The translations under genes and the position numbers were made by a program. Positions 39,868-48,001 of a stretch of 64,000 bases of DNA are shown piece after piece. The notes below the pieces were generated by a model, which saw nothing but the letters and a program-made list of their open reading frames with translations, searched no databases and had not been told where the DNA came from. Position 1 is the first letter of the stretch, and each line of letters starts with the position of its first letter. Source of the stretch: Nitrososphaeria archaeon (GTDB taxonomy: Archaea; Thermoproteota; Nitrososphaeria; Nitrososphaerales; JAAOZN01); contig JARVJZ010000004.1 in the NCBI GenBank assembly GCA_029775855.1, forward strand, positions 96,001 through 160,000. The letters are read 5' to 3'.

Positions 39868-41688
39868 ATGTGCATCAATTTGAGCGTCAAGCATCTTTTA
39901 TCAAGGAGGCAGACTCTTGCCGTCCTCCTTACAATTGCGATTATTGGAGGGTTACTTTTCATTCCTCAAGCATCCGCCATCAGGGTGGAGATAAGCGGTA
40001 TAACCAGCGGTGAAACTATAACGCTTGGTGTAGTTAAAGAACTTGAGTTTAGGATAGTTGTGGAAAGCGGCGAAGTGGTGCCTGTGCAAGAGATACGTGT
40101 AGTCATAGATGGTGTGCAATACACAGCTCCACCTACTGGTGGTGACCTAACACCAGCAAACAGCATCATACCAACAATCACACTAGTTACACCACCACCA
40201 GGCTACTTCTACTCAGCAAGCTACGGCTACGGATACGGATACCTCTACGGATACGGATATGCATTCGGATATGGATACAGAGCTCTCTACGGCTACGGTT
40301 ACGGATATGGTTTCACATCTGGCAGCCAGATAAGGTATTCAGCATCACTCTACACATCATATCTAAGTTTAGGCAGCCACACAATAAGGGTTGATGTAGC
40401 GACTGGTCTCCAGCCCTCAAACATATTCTCCTCACAGACCATATCGTTCACGTTAGTATCCCCGCCTACACCTACACAACCAGCACCATCAGCACCACCA
40501 ACAGCGTCTGATCTCGAAGCTATGTCTGCTGAGGAGAGGGCTGCACAACTTACACAGATGAATGCATCTGACGCAGCAAATAGAATTGAGCAGATGAGCG
40601 TAGACAAAGCTGTAGAAGCAATAAAGGCGATGAACGCTACAGACGCAGCAAGAATACTTAACCTCGTCAACACAACTAGAGCTGCTCAAATCCTAGCCAG
40701 ATTAACCGTTGAAGAAGCGGTTAGAATTACACTTAACCTCAACGTGGACAAAGCTGCAGACGTCGTTTTAACGATGGATGTAAGAGAAGCCGCGCCGGTA
40801 GTTGAGGGAATGACTAGGGAGAATCTGCATAGGGCTGCTCAAGTAGTAGATAATATGATTGCTAAGGATGCTGCAGGCGCAGCTAGAGTTATAGATGAAC
40901 TACCTCCAGACGTGGCAGCTGATCTACTACTCGAGATAGCTGGGTTGCCCTCAACACCTGAGAAGGCCGCTATGCTCATAGATGCGATGAGCTTAACGAA
41001 GGCTGTTGACGCCGTAAAGTCGATTATAGCATCCAACAAGATGCAGACACTCGCACAGATACTCAGCCACGTATCAACAAGCAGACTCAACGAAATATTC
41101 AAGCAGCTCTCATCTAGTGAGAGGCTCAGAACCCTACCATATCTCGACGCAGCGACACAAGCTAGGTTGAAACACGTAAAGGCGACCTTGACAGTAGAAA
41201 GGGTGGATGCACAGCCGGGCAGCTCAGTCAAAGTTAGGTTGGCCCTATCATCTACTCAACCCATACCTGAAGGCTCTGTATCATTCAGCATCCCAGCCGC
41301 TTTCAAGACAAAAGCTCTATCTGTTGAAGGGCTACCTGGAACATCTGCAAGAGAGGCTACTAGGCTCATAGTCACTAAGTTGGCTACTCAACCATCATAC
41401 GCAGCTGCTTCAGTCGCATTCGACTTGGTTGTGCCACTTAACGCCAGCGTCTCGGTTGGGCAGATTGTCACGGTAGTTGCGTCGGTGAACGTGCCAGACT
41501 TTGCTGTAAGCTTTGACACACCAACAGCGGTAAGTGTGACTGTGGTTAAACCTACGGTGCAGAGCATATTCAGCGCCTTAAACTCCTACTTCGATAAGAC
41601 AGTAAGCGTATACACTGAGGGAAGAGTGCCTGTGAAGCAAGACATATACAGCTTACTGGACTTCTACTTCAGAGGGAGAGTGGATTAA
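39868..41688 (+). CDS. Secreted protein: YG-rich domain, MgtE-N-like helical repeats, cohesin-like domain, C-terminal dockerin-like helices
   Basis: Signal peptide ending ASA; YGYG tract; AADxxxxM repeats; AQPGSSVKV beta-sandwich; twin xIxSxLxxYF helices. Confidence 0.75.
   Translation: MCINLSVKHLLSRRQTLAVLLTIAIIGGLLFIPQASAIRVEISGITSGETITLGVVKELEFRIVVESGEVVPVQEIRVVIDGVQYTAPPTGGDLTPANSIIPTITLVTPPPGYFYSASYGYGYGYLYGYGYAFGYGYRALYGYGYGYGFTSGSQIRYSASLYTSYLSLGSHTIRVDVATGLQPSNIFSSQTISFTLVSPPTPTQPAPSAPPTASDLEAMSAEERAAQLTQMNASDAANRIEQMSVDKAVEAIKAMNATDAARILNLVNTTRAAQILARLTVEEAVRITLNLNVDKAADVVLTMDVREAAPVVEGMTRENLHRAAQVVDNMIAKDAAGAARVIDELPPDVAADLLLEIAGLPSTPEKAAMLIDAMSLTKAVDAVKSIIASNKMQTLAQILSHVSTSRLNEIFKQLSSSERLRTLPYLDAATQARLKHVKATLTVERVDAQPGSSVKVRLALSSTQPIPEGSVSFSIPAAFKTKALSVEGLPGTSAREATRLIVTKLATQPSYAAASVAFDLVVPLNASVSVGQIVTVVASVNVPDFAVSFDTPTAVSVTVVKPTVQSIFSALNSYFDKTVSVYTEGRVPVKQDIYSLLDFYFRGRVD
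40201..40314 (+). repeat. Tyr-Gly dipeptide repeat coding tract
   Basis: tacggc/tacgga/tatgga hexamers encoding GYFYSASYGYGYGYLYGYGYAFGYGYRALYGYGYGYGF. Confidence 0.9.
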
Positions 41689-41689
41689 G

Positions 41690-42616
41690 ATGAATAAGTT
41701 ATGCTTTAATAACTTGACTTCATATGGATGTGCGGGTAAAGCCTTGAAGATATACACCTATACAGCTTTAGCGATTCTTATACTTGCCTCAGTATTGACA
41801 TTCCTACCTAACGTATATTCAGCGCAAGCAACAGCTGCCTTCAATCTCTCAGATGGTTTGATTAAGGTTGAAGTCACAAGCCCGGTAGAAGTCTATCAAT
41901 TTCAACTCTCAATAACTCTACCTAGTGGTGCAACCATCAATGCTGCGCAAGCATCTACCACGGGCTTCATGGAGAATGCGGTCTTCCTGCAGGTGGGCAA
42001 TGAATATAGGTGGTTCAATCTTGACGCAAAACCATCGAAGGTAGGCTCATTAACCGTGCCAGCTTCTGGAGTAGGTGTAGACAACTTACCTCAGCTGCAG
42101 CTAGTAAGATTGGATCTGCTGGACGCGGGTGGAAATAAGATAGATCTTCAGCAGACATTACCGCTAAAGGCTACACTGGCACCGATTACAGTGACAACTA
42201 CGGTTAGGGAGACTATAACCACGACAACAACCGTAACCCAGACAACAACGCGCACAACCACAGTAACACAGCCTACAACAACCACACTCACATCAACCAT
42301 AACGCAGCCGACCACAATTACAACTACCTCTACAGTCACACAACCAACCACAGTCACAATAACGGTTACTTCAACAACAACTCAGCCAACAACAGTTACC
42401 GCGACATCTACAACTACAGCAACCGAAGTCAAAACCACAACTCAGACAACTACATCAACATCCACATACACAATAACTAGAACAGAGCTAGCAACTACAA
42501 CGGCCTACAAAGAGATAACCGTAGACACAACACCATACATAGCAGGCATCGTTATACTGATAATTATAATCATCATCCTAGCGATCCTAATGCTTAGACG
42601 CAAAGCAGCGGTCTAA
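41690..42616 (+). CDS. Membrane-anchored cohesin-like protein with Thr-rich stalk
   Basis: Signal peptide; VEVTSPVEVYQFQLSITL…LDLLDAGGNKI; about 110-aa Thr stalk; TM helix followed by RRK. Confidence 0.75.
   Translation: MNKLCFNNLTSYGCAGKALKIYTYTALAILILASVLTFLPNVYSAQATAAFNLSDGLIKVEVTSPVEVYQFQLSITLPSGATINAAQASTTGFMENAVFLQVGNEYRWFNLDAKPSKVGSLTVPASGVGVDNLPQLQLVRLDLLDAGGNKIDLQQTLPLKATLAPITVTTTVRETITTTTTVTQTTTRTTTVTQPTTTTLTSTITQPTTITTTSTVTQPTTVTITVTSTTTQPTTVTATSTTTATEVKTTTQTTTSTSTYTITRTELATTTAYKEITVDTTPYIAGIVILIIIIIILAILMLRRKAAV
42190..42530 (+). repeat. Thr-rich low-complexity stalk coding sequence
   Basis: TTVTQPTT units. Confidence 0.85.
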
Positions 42617-42644
42617 ACCCCAATTTTTTAAACTTAGATAAAAG

Positions 42645-42717
42645 TGCGGGATGCGGGATTCGAACCCGCGACCACCAGCTTGGGGGGCTGGTATCCTAAC
42701 CACTAGACCAATCCCGC
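42645..42717 (-). tRNA. tRNA-Gly(CCC)
   Basis: Reverse complement GCGGGAT…CCAGC-CC-CCC-AA-GCTGG…TTCGAAT…ATCCCGC-A. Confidence 0.95.
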
Positions 42718-42833
42718 CACATTAACTTCCCCTTCAGCCTCCTTTAAACCGTTACTCCCTTCTTTCTCAAGGAAGGGAGAAGATACTGAGAAGTAAAATC
42801 TTTAATCAAGCATTTCAGTAGCTAGAGTGAAGG

Positions 42834-42968
42834 GCCGCGGTCGCCTAGGCTAAACAAGGGGGAGACGCTAAATGCCCCAGCTCGGTAGGGCGCAGGCCTG
42901 GAGCCTTAGTCCAGCTTGTTAGCCTGTGACCCGCAAGGGTCTCGAGGGTTCAAATCCCTCCCGCGGCG
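42834..42968 (+). tRNA. tRNA-Ser(GGA) with a 32-nt D-loop insertion (about 42849-42880) and an anticodon intron (42904-42920)
   Basis: GCCGCGG/CCGCGGC acceptor stem; CAGGC-CT-GGA-G|A-GCCTG; variable arm similar to the Ser(GCT) copy. Confidence 0.88.
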
Positions 42969-43036
42969 CTCTCTATTAAGAAGCTGGTTAATATTAAAGA
43001 TATTTAACGATTTAGGGAACTTTACTACTTATTATA

Positions 43037-43058
43037 GTTAATTAATTAATTAATTAAC
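43037..43058. repeat. Perfect 22-bp palindrome g(TTAA)5c upstream of the candidate defence operon
   Basis: gttaattaattaattaattaac. Confidence 0.85.
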
Positions 43059-43096
43059 AAAAAATTTATATTTCAGATGCGCTCTTACTCAGTTCT

Positions 43097-43366
43097 ATGA
43101 ATTGGAAGGCGTCGAGTAAAGATTTCCGTGAAGAATTAGAAAGAATCTTCCAAGAAGGCGAGCGTAAAGGCTTACAATATGTAGATGTTATTTCAGGTGA
43201 GCTACATAGGAGAGTAGGTGGGTACCCCGGACGCAATCATAGAATGCCGCTCTGTTGTCACGTTATGCGAAGTATGATGCAAGAAGAAGATGAAGTGCTT
43301 GCTGAGCCGCCTAAAGGTAATGGGGCTACCCTAAAGATAAGGTATAGATTGCCAAGGAGGGTTTGA
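43097..43366 (+). CDS. Small conserved protein (GELHRxVGGYPGxNHRMPxCC family), putative DNA-binding
   Basis: Motif recalled from small proteins and domains associated with HNH nucleases; not verified by a search. Confidence 0.7.
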   Translation: MNWKASSKDFREELERIFQEGERKGLQYVDVISGELHRRVGGYPGRNHRMPLCCHVMRSMMQEEDEVLAEPPKGNGATLKIRYRLPRRV

Positions 43367-43367
43367 A

Positions 43368-43841
43368 GTGAGGATTCTTATAGTCGTACCTTGCGGGAAG
43401 AGTAAGATCTGGGATGTAGACCAGGACAGAGGGCCGACGAGGGCAGAGGAAGCATACACTGGAGGGCCGTTCAAGGTTAATCGGGCGTTTGCAAAGAGAT
43501 TCGCCGATAGATGGGTGATCCTTTCAGCTAAATACGGTTTCATAGACCCGTCTTTCACTATCCTCGAAAATTATAACGTGACATTTAAAGACCCTTCTAC
43601 TAACCCGATAAGTTTAGAACAGCTAAGAAGCCAGGTGGATGAGATGAAGCTGGATGCATACGATGTCGTGATAGCCTTAGGCGGCAGAGATTACACATCA
43701 ATAGTCAAGAGGTGTTTTGGCGATAAAAAGAAGGTGATATGCCCAGCTGAAGGGCTGCCGGTGGGTAAAGCTATGGGGTGCATCAGTAATCTTACAAATC
43801 TCGACAGAGAGGAGATGCTAAGGGAGATAGGTTTGTGTTAA
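43368..43841 (+). CDS. DUF6884-like protein
   Basis: VVPCGKSK…AYTG…F…WVILSAKYG…YNVT…LGGRDY. Confidence 0.75.
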   Translation: MRILIVVPCGKSKIWDVDQDRGPTRAEEAYTGGPFKVNRAFAKRFADRWVILSAKYGFIDPSFTILENYNVTFKDPSTNPISLEQLRSQVDEMKLDAYDVVIALGGRDYTSIVKRCFGDKKKVICPAEGLPVGKAMGCISNLTNLDREEMLREIGLC

Positions 43842-44482
43842 TGTGGAGAAATTCTGTGGAAGAAATCTGTAGATGTGTACATGAACTTATCAGCTCACTG
43901 TCAGCGTACTCTAATCCCAGTCAAGTGTCTTTCACCAATGGCCTATACTTCTTTTACGAGAAGGGGGAAGTGTCCATTCATGCACCCAATGGTCGTGTTG
44001 TTAGAGTAGGTAATCACCCATATTCAAGCAATGGTTTAAAAAGGCGCTTGCAGCTCCACTACTCTGGAAACAAGAATAGCAGCGTGTTCCGCAAGTTCCT
44101 TGGAGGAGCTTTAATGCGTAGAGAAAACCCTGCACATCCATGTTTACCTCATTGGGAAAAGCAAGGCCAACCTACCTGCAAAGTATGCAGGAAGGTCGAA
44201 GAAGATGTTTCAAATCTTCTAAGAGCTAACTTCTACTTCCGATGTGTAAAGATCGAGGATAAAGGGACGCGTAATCTTCTTGAGAAAAAGCTGATAGCCA
44301 CAATCTCTTCATGTAAGATATGTAAGCCGTCTGGAAATTGGTTAGGGAGGTACGCATATTCAGATCTTGTTAGAAGTTCTGGTTTATGGAACTCTAATTA
44401 TGTTTATGATGGGGATTGGGTTATGTCAGCAGAAGATTTAAATTTGCTGCGTAATCTGATACAGTTAACGCGTGTAAGGTAA
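43835..44482 (+). CDS. GIY-YIG-like nuclease
   Basis: GLYFF…VVRVG…LKRRLQLH…SVFR…LEKKLI…GLWN; two CxxC motifs. Confidence 0.7.
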   Translation: MLMWRNSVEEICRCVHELISSLSAYSNPSQVSFTNGLYFFYEKGEVSIHAPNGRVVRVGNHPYSSNGLKRRLQLHYSGNKNSSVFRKFLGGALMRRENPAHPCLPHWEKQGQPTCKVCRKVEEDVSNLLRANFYFRCVKIEDKGTRNLLEKKLIATISSCKICKPSGNWLGRYAYSDLVRSSGLWNSNYVYDGDWVMSAEDLNLLRNLIQLTRVR

Positions 44483-44634
44483 TGACAGCGCAGAGCCGTA
44501 TTGTTCTTTGCAGCTATTGTAAGAGAAGAAGGGCGGAATATGACATTGGCAGCGAGGTTTATCTATGCAAGGAATGTTACGAGGAGTGGCACTTTAACGC
44601 TTTTCAACAGATGAGTGAATTCAGCTTATTCTAA
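44482..44634 (+). CDS. 50-aa zinc-finger protein (not in the ORF track)
   Basis: TAATG coupling to the nuclease stop; MTAQSRIVLCSYCKRRRAEYDIGSEVYLCKECYEEW…. Confidence 0.65.
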   Translation: MTAQSRIVLCSYCKRRRAEYDIGSEVYLCKECYEEWHFNAFQQMSEFSLF

Positions 44635-45851
44635 CGATACACCGCTCTTTTTGAACGATCAACACCCACTGGAAGCAGAAGTATAACGCTTAAGACCATT
44701 GCCGCTGCTGAAAGTGTAAAGGCTGGGCTATAGCTACCCATAGACTCACGTAGAAAGCCCGCAACAATAGGAGATACTGTAGCACCGATACCGTAAAATA
44801 AGGTCCATAAGCCGATTACTGATCCAGACGACTTCTCCTCAAAATACTCTGAAGCGCAAGCTGCATATATAGGGAACATAGACGCATAAAAGATGCCGTA
44901 CATAATGGCTAAGAGCATCAGTAGATGGAGACTTGCTCCAATAGCAACCATGCTGTAGATTGACACTGCGACACCAAGGTTGCAGAGGGCTAAGCCTTGT
45001 ATTCGACCTATTTTGTCTGATAGATATGGGAGGATTAGACTTGCGGGGATGCCGCTGAAGGCAACGGCGCTAGCCAGTCCTGCCGAATAAGCATAATCTA
45101 TTGAGAGATCTATGTTAAAGTATGCTACCATAAAGGTCATCGTGGTGCTTGTAGCGAAGGCTATAGCAAAGTATGATGAGGCTATGAACCAGAACGTTCC
45201 TGATGATAAGATTATTTGAGTTGCTTCTTGTGTTCTAAATTCTCTTCGTCTATCCGTTGATTCTTTTTCTTTTAGGAGAAGCGCTGAGGCTGCAGCTAGT
45301 GTTAGGGTGAAGACGCCCATTAGATACCATCCATGCTGCCAACCATAGGTGTCTACAATTATTGGCAGCAGTAAACCCATCAAGCCGTATCCAACACCAT
45401 AGCCTGAATTCACTACTCCTATTGCTCTACCTCTCTTCTCAGCTTTAAACCACATAGTAACAAGCCTTATGATTGCAACCCATCCAGCGTGTGAACCAAC
45501 CCCGACGAGCGCGAATAAGAAGACTCCTAGAGACCACTCTTTAACAGAACCCATCATAAATGTGCCGAACCCCATCACCACACAGAGCAGCGGTATAACC
45601 TTCTTGCAGCCAACTCTATCAACCATGAAGCCTATCAGTGGCGCTGATAGCGTATATGAGAGGAAATAGGCGCTTGCTATAAACCCGCTCTGAACATCTG
45701 TCAAATTTAGAGAAGACTTCATCGGCGGTATTAGAATACCGTATCCAAACCTTATGCCATATGATGCGAGCACAAGAAGAAAACCTACACCAAGTATCAC
45801 ATAACCCCAGTAAAAGCGCTTGAGCATCCTCTTGTATGAGAATAGACCCAT
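44631..45851 (-). CDS. MFS transporter
   Basis: GFMVDRVG, WFKAEKRGRAIG, SDKIGR; 12 hydrophobic segments. Confidence 0.9.
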   Translation of the reverse strand: MGLFSYKRMLKRFYWGYVILGVGFLLVLASYGIRFGYGILIPPMKSSLNLTDVQSGFIASAYFLSYTLSAPLIGFMVDRVGCKKVIPLLCVVMGFGTFMMGSVKEWSLGVFLFALVGVGSHAGWVAIIRLVTMWFKAEKRGRAIGVVNSGYGVGYGLMGLLLPIIVDTYGWQHGWYLMGVFTLTLAAASALLLKEKESTDRRREFRTQEATQIILSSGTFWFIASSYFAIAFATSTTMTFMVAYFNIDLSIDYAYSAGLASAVAFSGIPASLILPYLSDKIGRIQGLALCNLGVAVSIYSMVAIGASLHLLMLLAIMYGIFYASMFPIYAACASEYFEEKSSGSVIGLWTLFYGIGATVSPIVAGFLRESMGSYSPAFTLSAAAMVLSVILLLPVGVDRSKRAVYR

Positions 45852-45905
45852 TAGATTAAGTTTCTCTTTTTAATAAAAATATGAAGTGGGTAGGTTTTCT
45901 TTATG

Positions 45906-46679
45906 CTACCTACCCTTAAAGACAGGCTTCCTCTTTTCCAGAAACGCTCTCATAGCCTCCTTTTGATCCTCAGTTGTGAAGAGTGGAAGCTGCTCGAGCT
46001 GCTGGTAAAGTAGCCCATCGTCGATCTGCATCTCTCCACCAACATTGATGGTCATCTTGATGGCGCCGATTGCCTTTGTCGGCCCGTTTGCTAATTGATT
46101 GGCGATTCTAAATGCTTCTTCAAAGAGTTTATCTGCTGGAACGACCCAGTTGACTAATCCAAGCTTCTGAGCTTCCCAAGCTGATATTGGATCTGGGAAG
46201 AAGAGGAGCTGCTTGGCCTTTAATCTGCCAACCCATCTAACTAGAAGCTGGGAGATTCCTGCGCCTGGTGAGATTCCTACGCCTACCTCTGGGTTGGCTA
46301 ATCTTGCGTCATCAGCAGCAACGATGAGGTCAAAGCCGTTCAGCATATCCATTACGCAGAAGCCGTTGACCGCAGCTATAATCGGCTTCCTCAGCCTCAT
46401 CATATATTTGTAGAGCTCTATCATTTTGCCGTTAAACTTGAGCATGAATTCTGGGGTTGCATCTTTGAACTCCTGTAAGTCGCCACCAGCATTAAAGTTC
46501 CTACCAGCAGCTGTGAATAGTATGGCTCTTACACTATCGTCTTCACCGGCTCTGTGCATGGCATCCCAGAGCTCAGAGACCATCTGAGAGTTGACTGCAT
46601 TATTCACCTCAGGTCTATTCAAAGTGATTATAGCAACGCCGCCACGCTGCTCATACTTGATAGTCTTATACTCAGACAT
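45906..46679 (-). CDS. Crotonase/enoyl-CoA hydratase superfamily protein
   Basis: TLNRPEVNNA, FNAGGDL, KPIIAAVNG, PEVGVG, AFLEKRKPVFKG. Confidence 0.9.
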   Translation of the reverse strand: MSEYKTIKYEQRGGVAIITLNRPEVNNAVNSQMVSELWDAMHRAGEDDSVRAILFTAAGRNFNAGGDLQEFKDATPEFMLKFNGKMIELYKYMMRLRKPIIAAVNGFCVMDMLNGFDLIVAADDARLANPEVGVGISPGAGISQLLVRWVGRLKAKQLLFFPDPISAWEAQKLGLVNWVVPADKLFEEAFRIANQLANGPTKAIGAIKMTINVGGEMQIDDGLLYQQLEQLPLFTTEDQKEAMRAFLEKRKPVFKGR

Positions 46680-46761
46680 AGCGCATCGTTAAGCATTTAT
46701 CAAAAGGGTCTTTTTAGCCTTTCGACTAAAAGGTTAAAGCATCTTATGTCTTTCAAAATCT

Positions 46762-47460
46762 ATGATGCAGAGGGCTAAGGTAGGTACATCTGGATACAGC
46801 TACTTTTGGAACTTAGGTGTGCCTACACCCTTTGAGTGGTATGTTAAACAAGGCTTTAACACAGTCGAGATCAATGCAAGCTTCTACCGTTTTCCCTCTC
46901 CAAGCTGGATCAAGGCTTGGAGTAAAGCGCCCTCAGGATTTGATTTCTCCGTTAAGGTGCATCGCTCTCTAACACACTACGCTAAGCTTTCAGAGAAAGC
47001 AGTAAAGCTTTGGTATATCTTCAAAGATCTGTTCAAACCTATTGGGGACAGAATTGCTTTCTGGCTCTTTCAGATGCCTCCAAGCTTTACACCAACAGAA
47101 AAGAACCTAAAACGCATTAAAGCCTTCTTCAACACGCTGCATCTAGGCTCATCAGCTGCTGTTGAATTTAGGGATCCCGCGTGGTGGAGCGTTAAAAATG
47201 ATTTAAAGGATTGTGAGGTTACTTTCTGCTCAGTAGATGCACCTTTTCTGCCGAGAGAAATAGTCTGTCTGAGTGATGCGCTCTATCTTAGGCTTCACGG
47301 TAGAGAAGAGTGGTACGCTTACACATATAGTAGGCGTGAACTTGAGGAGATTGCGAAGCGGGTTAAAGAAGCGCAAACAGAGAGAATATACATATATTTG
47401 AACAACGACTTTGGTATGCTAGAGAATGGCAAACTTCTACTGAAGCTTTTAGAAGAGTAG
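46762..47460 (+). CDS. DUF72 family protein
   Basis: VGTSGYSY, VEINASFYR, FQMPPSF, YLRLHG, YLNND. Confidence 0.9.
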   Translation: MMQRAKVGTSGYSYFWNLGVPTPFEWYVKQGFNTVEINASFYRFPSPSWIKAWSKAPSGFDFSVKVHRSLTHYAKLSEKAVKLWYIFKDLFKPIGDRIAFWLFQMPPSFTPTEKNLKRIKAFFNTLHLGSSAAVEFRDPAWWSVKNDLKDCEVTFCSVDAPFLPREIVCLSDALYLRLHGREEWYAYTYSRRELEEIAKRVKEAQTERIYIYLNNDFGMLENGKLLLKLLEE

Positions 47461-47505
47461 GGTTAACTTTATCTACAATAAATAAGGTAATCATGCTGTA
47501 TTACT

Positions 47506-48000
47506 TTGGCGCGCAGACGCATATTTCTACTCGTACTTCTCGCTCTGATAGGGGTTGCTGCATCAGGCTCAGCATCAGCTATGGGCAAAGAAGAAGCGAA
47601 TAAGATGCTAGAAGATGTGAAAAAGAGTGTACCCTCTTCGCCAAATATTATAGACATATTCACTAACAACCTTAGAGTAGCTCTGCTTATGCTAATACCA
47701 GGATTAGGGCTTATTCTAGCACCCTATGTGCTCTACAACACAGGATTGGTCTTCGCAGCCACAGGTGTAGTGAATGGTGTACCCGGTTTAATGCTTCTTT
47801 TGGCAACAGCTATTTTACCCTTTTTTTGGCTTGAGTTCGTAGCGTATGCCACATCCACCACGCAGAACCTATATCTGATATGGGCGATTAAGTCCAAGAC
47901 TCTTCGCTATGAGCTACGAAACCTTGGCTACAGCTTACTTATGATAGTACTCTTACTTCTGTTAGGCGCTTGGATAGAAACGCTCTTTCTATCTTCTTAA
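47506..48000 (+). CDS. Stage II sporulation protein M / DUF95 membrane protein
   Basis: IFTNNLRVAL…P…LEFVAY…GAWIET. Confidence 0.8.
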   Translation: MARRRIFLLVLLALIGVAASGSASAMGKEEANKMLEDVKKSVPSSPNIIDIFTNNLRVALLMLIPGLGLILAPYVLYNTGLVFAATGVVNGVPGLMLLLATAILPFFWLEFVAYATSTTQNLYLIWAIKSKTLRYELRNLGYSLLMIVLLLLLGAWIETLFLSS

Positions 48001-48001
48001 C

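Noticed and set aside
42755-42779. 11-bp hairpin between the divergent tRNA-Gly and tRNA-Ser promoters
   Set aside because: Low-complexity purine/pyrimidine arms with no supporting context.
42893-42926. Alternative splicing of tRNA-Ser giving a TGT (Thr) anticodon
   Set aside because: It would put U at position 37 on a Ser-type body with a long variable arm. The 37/38 BHB fits the GGA reading.
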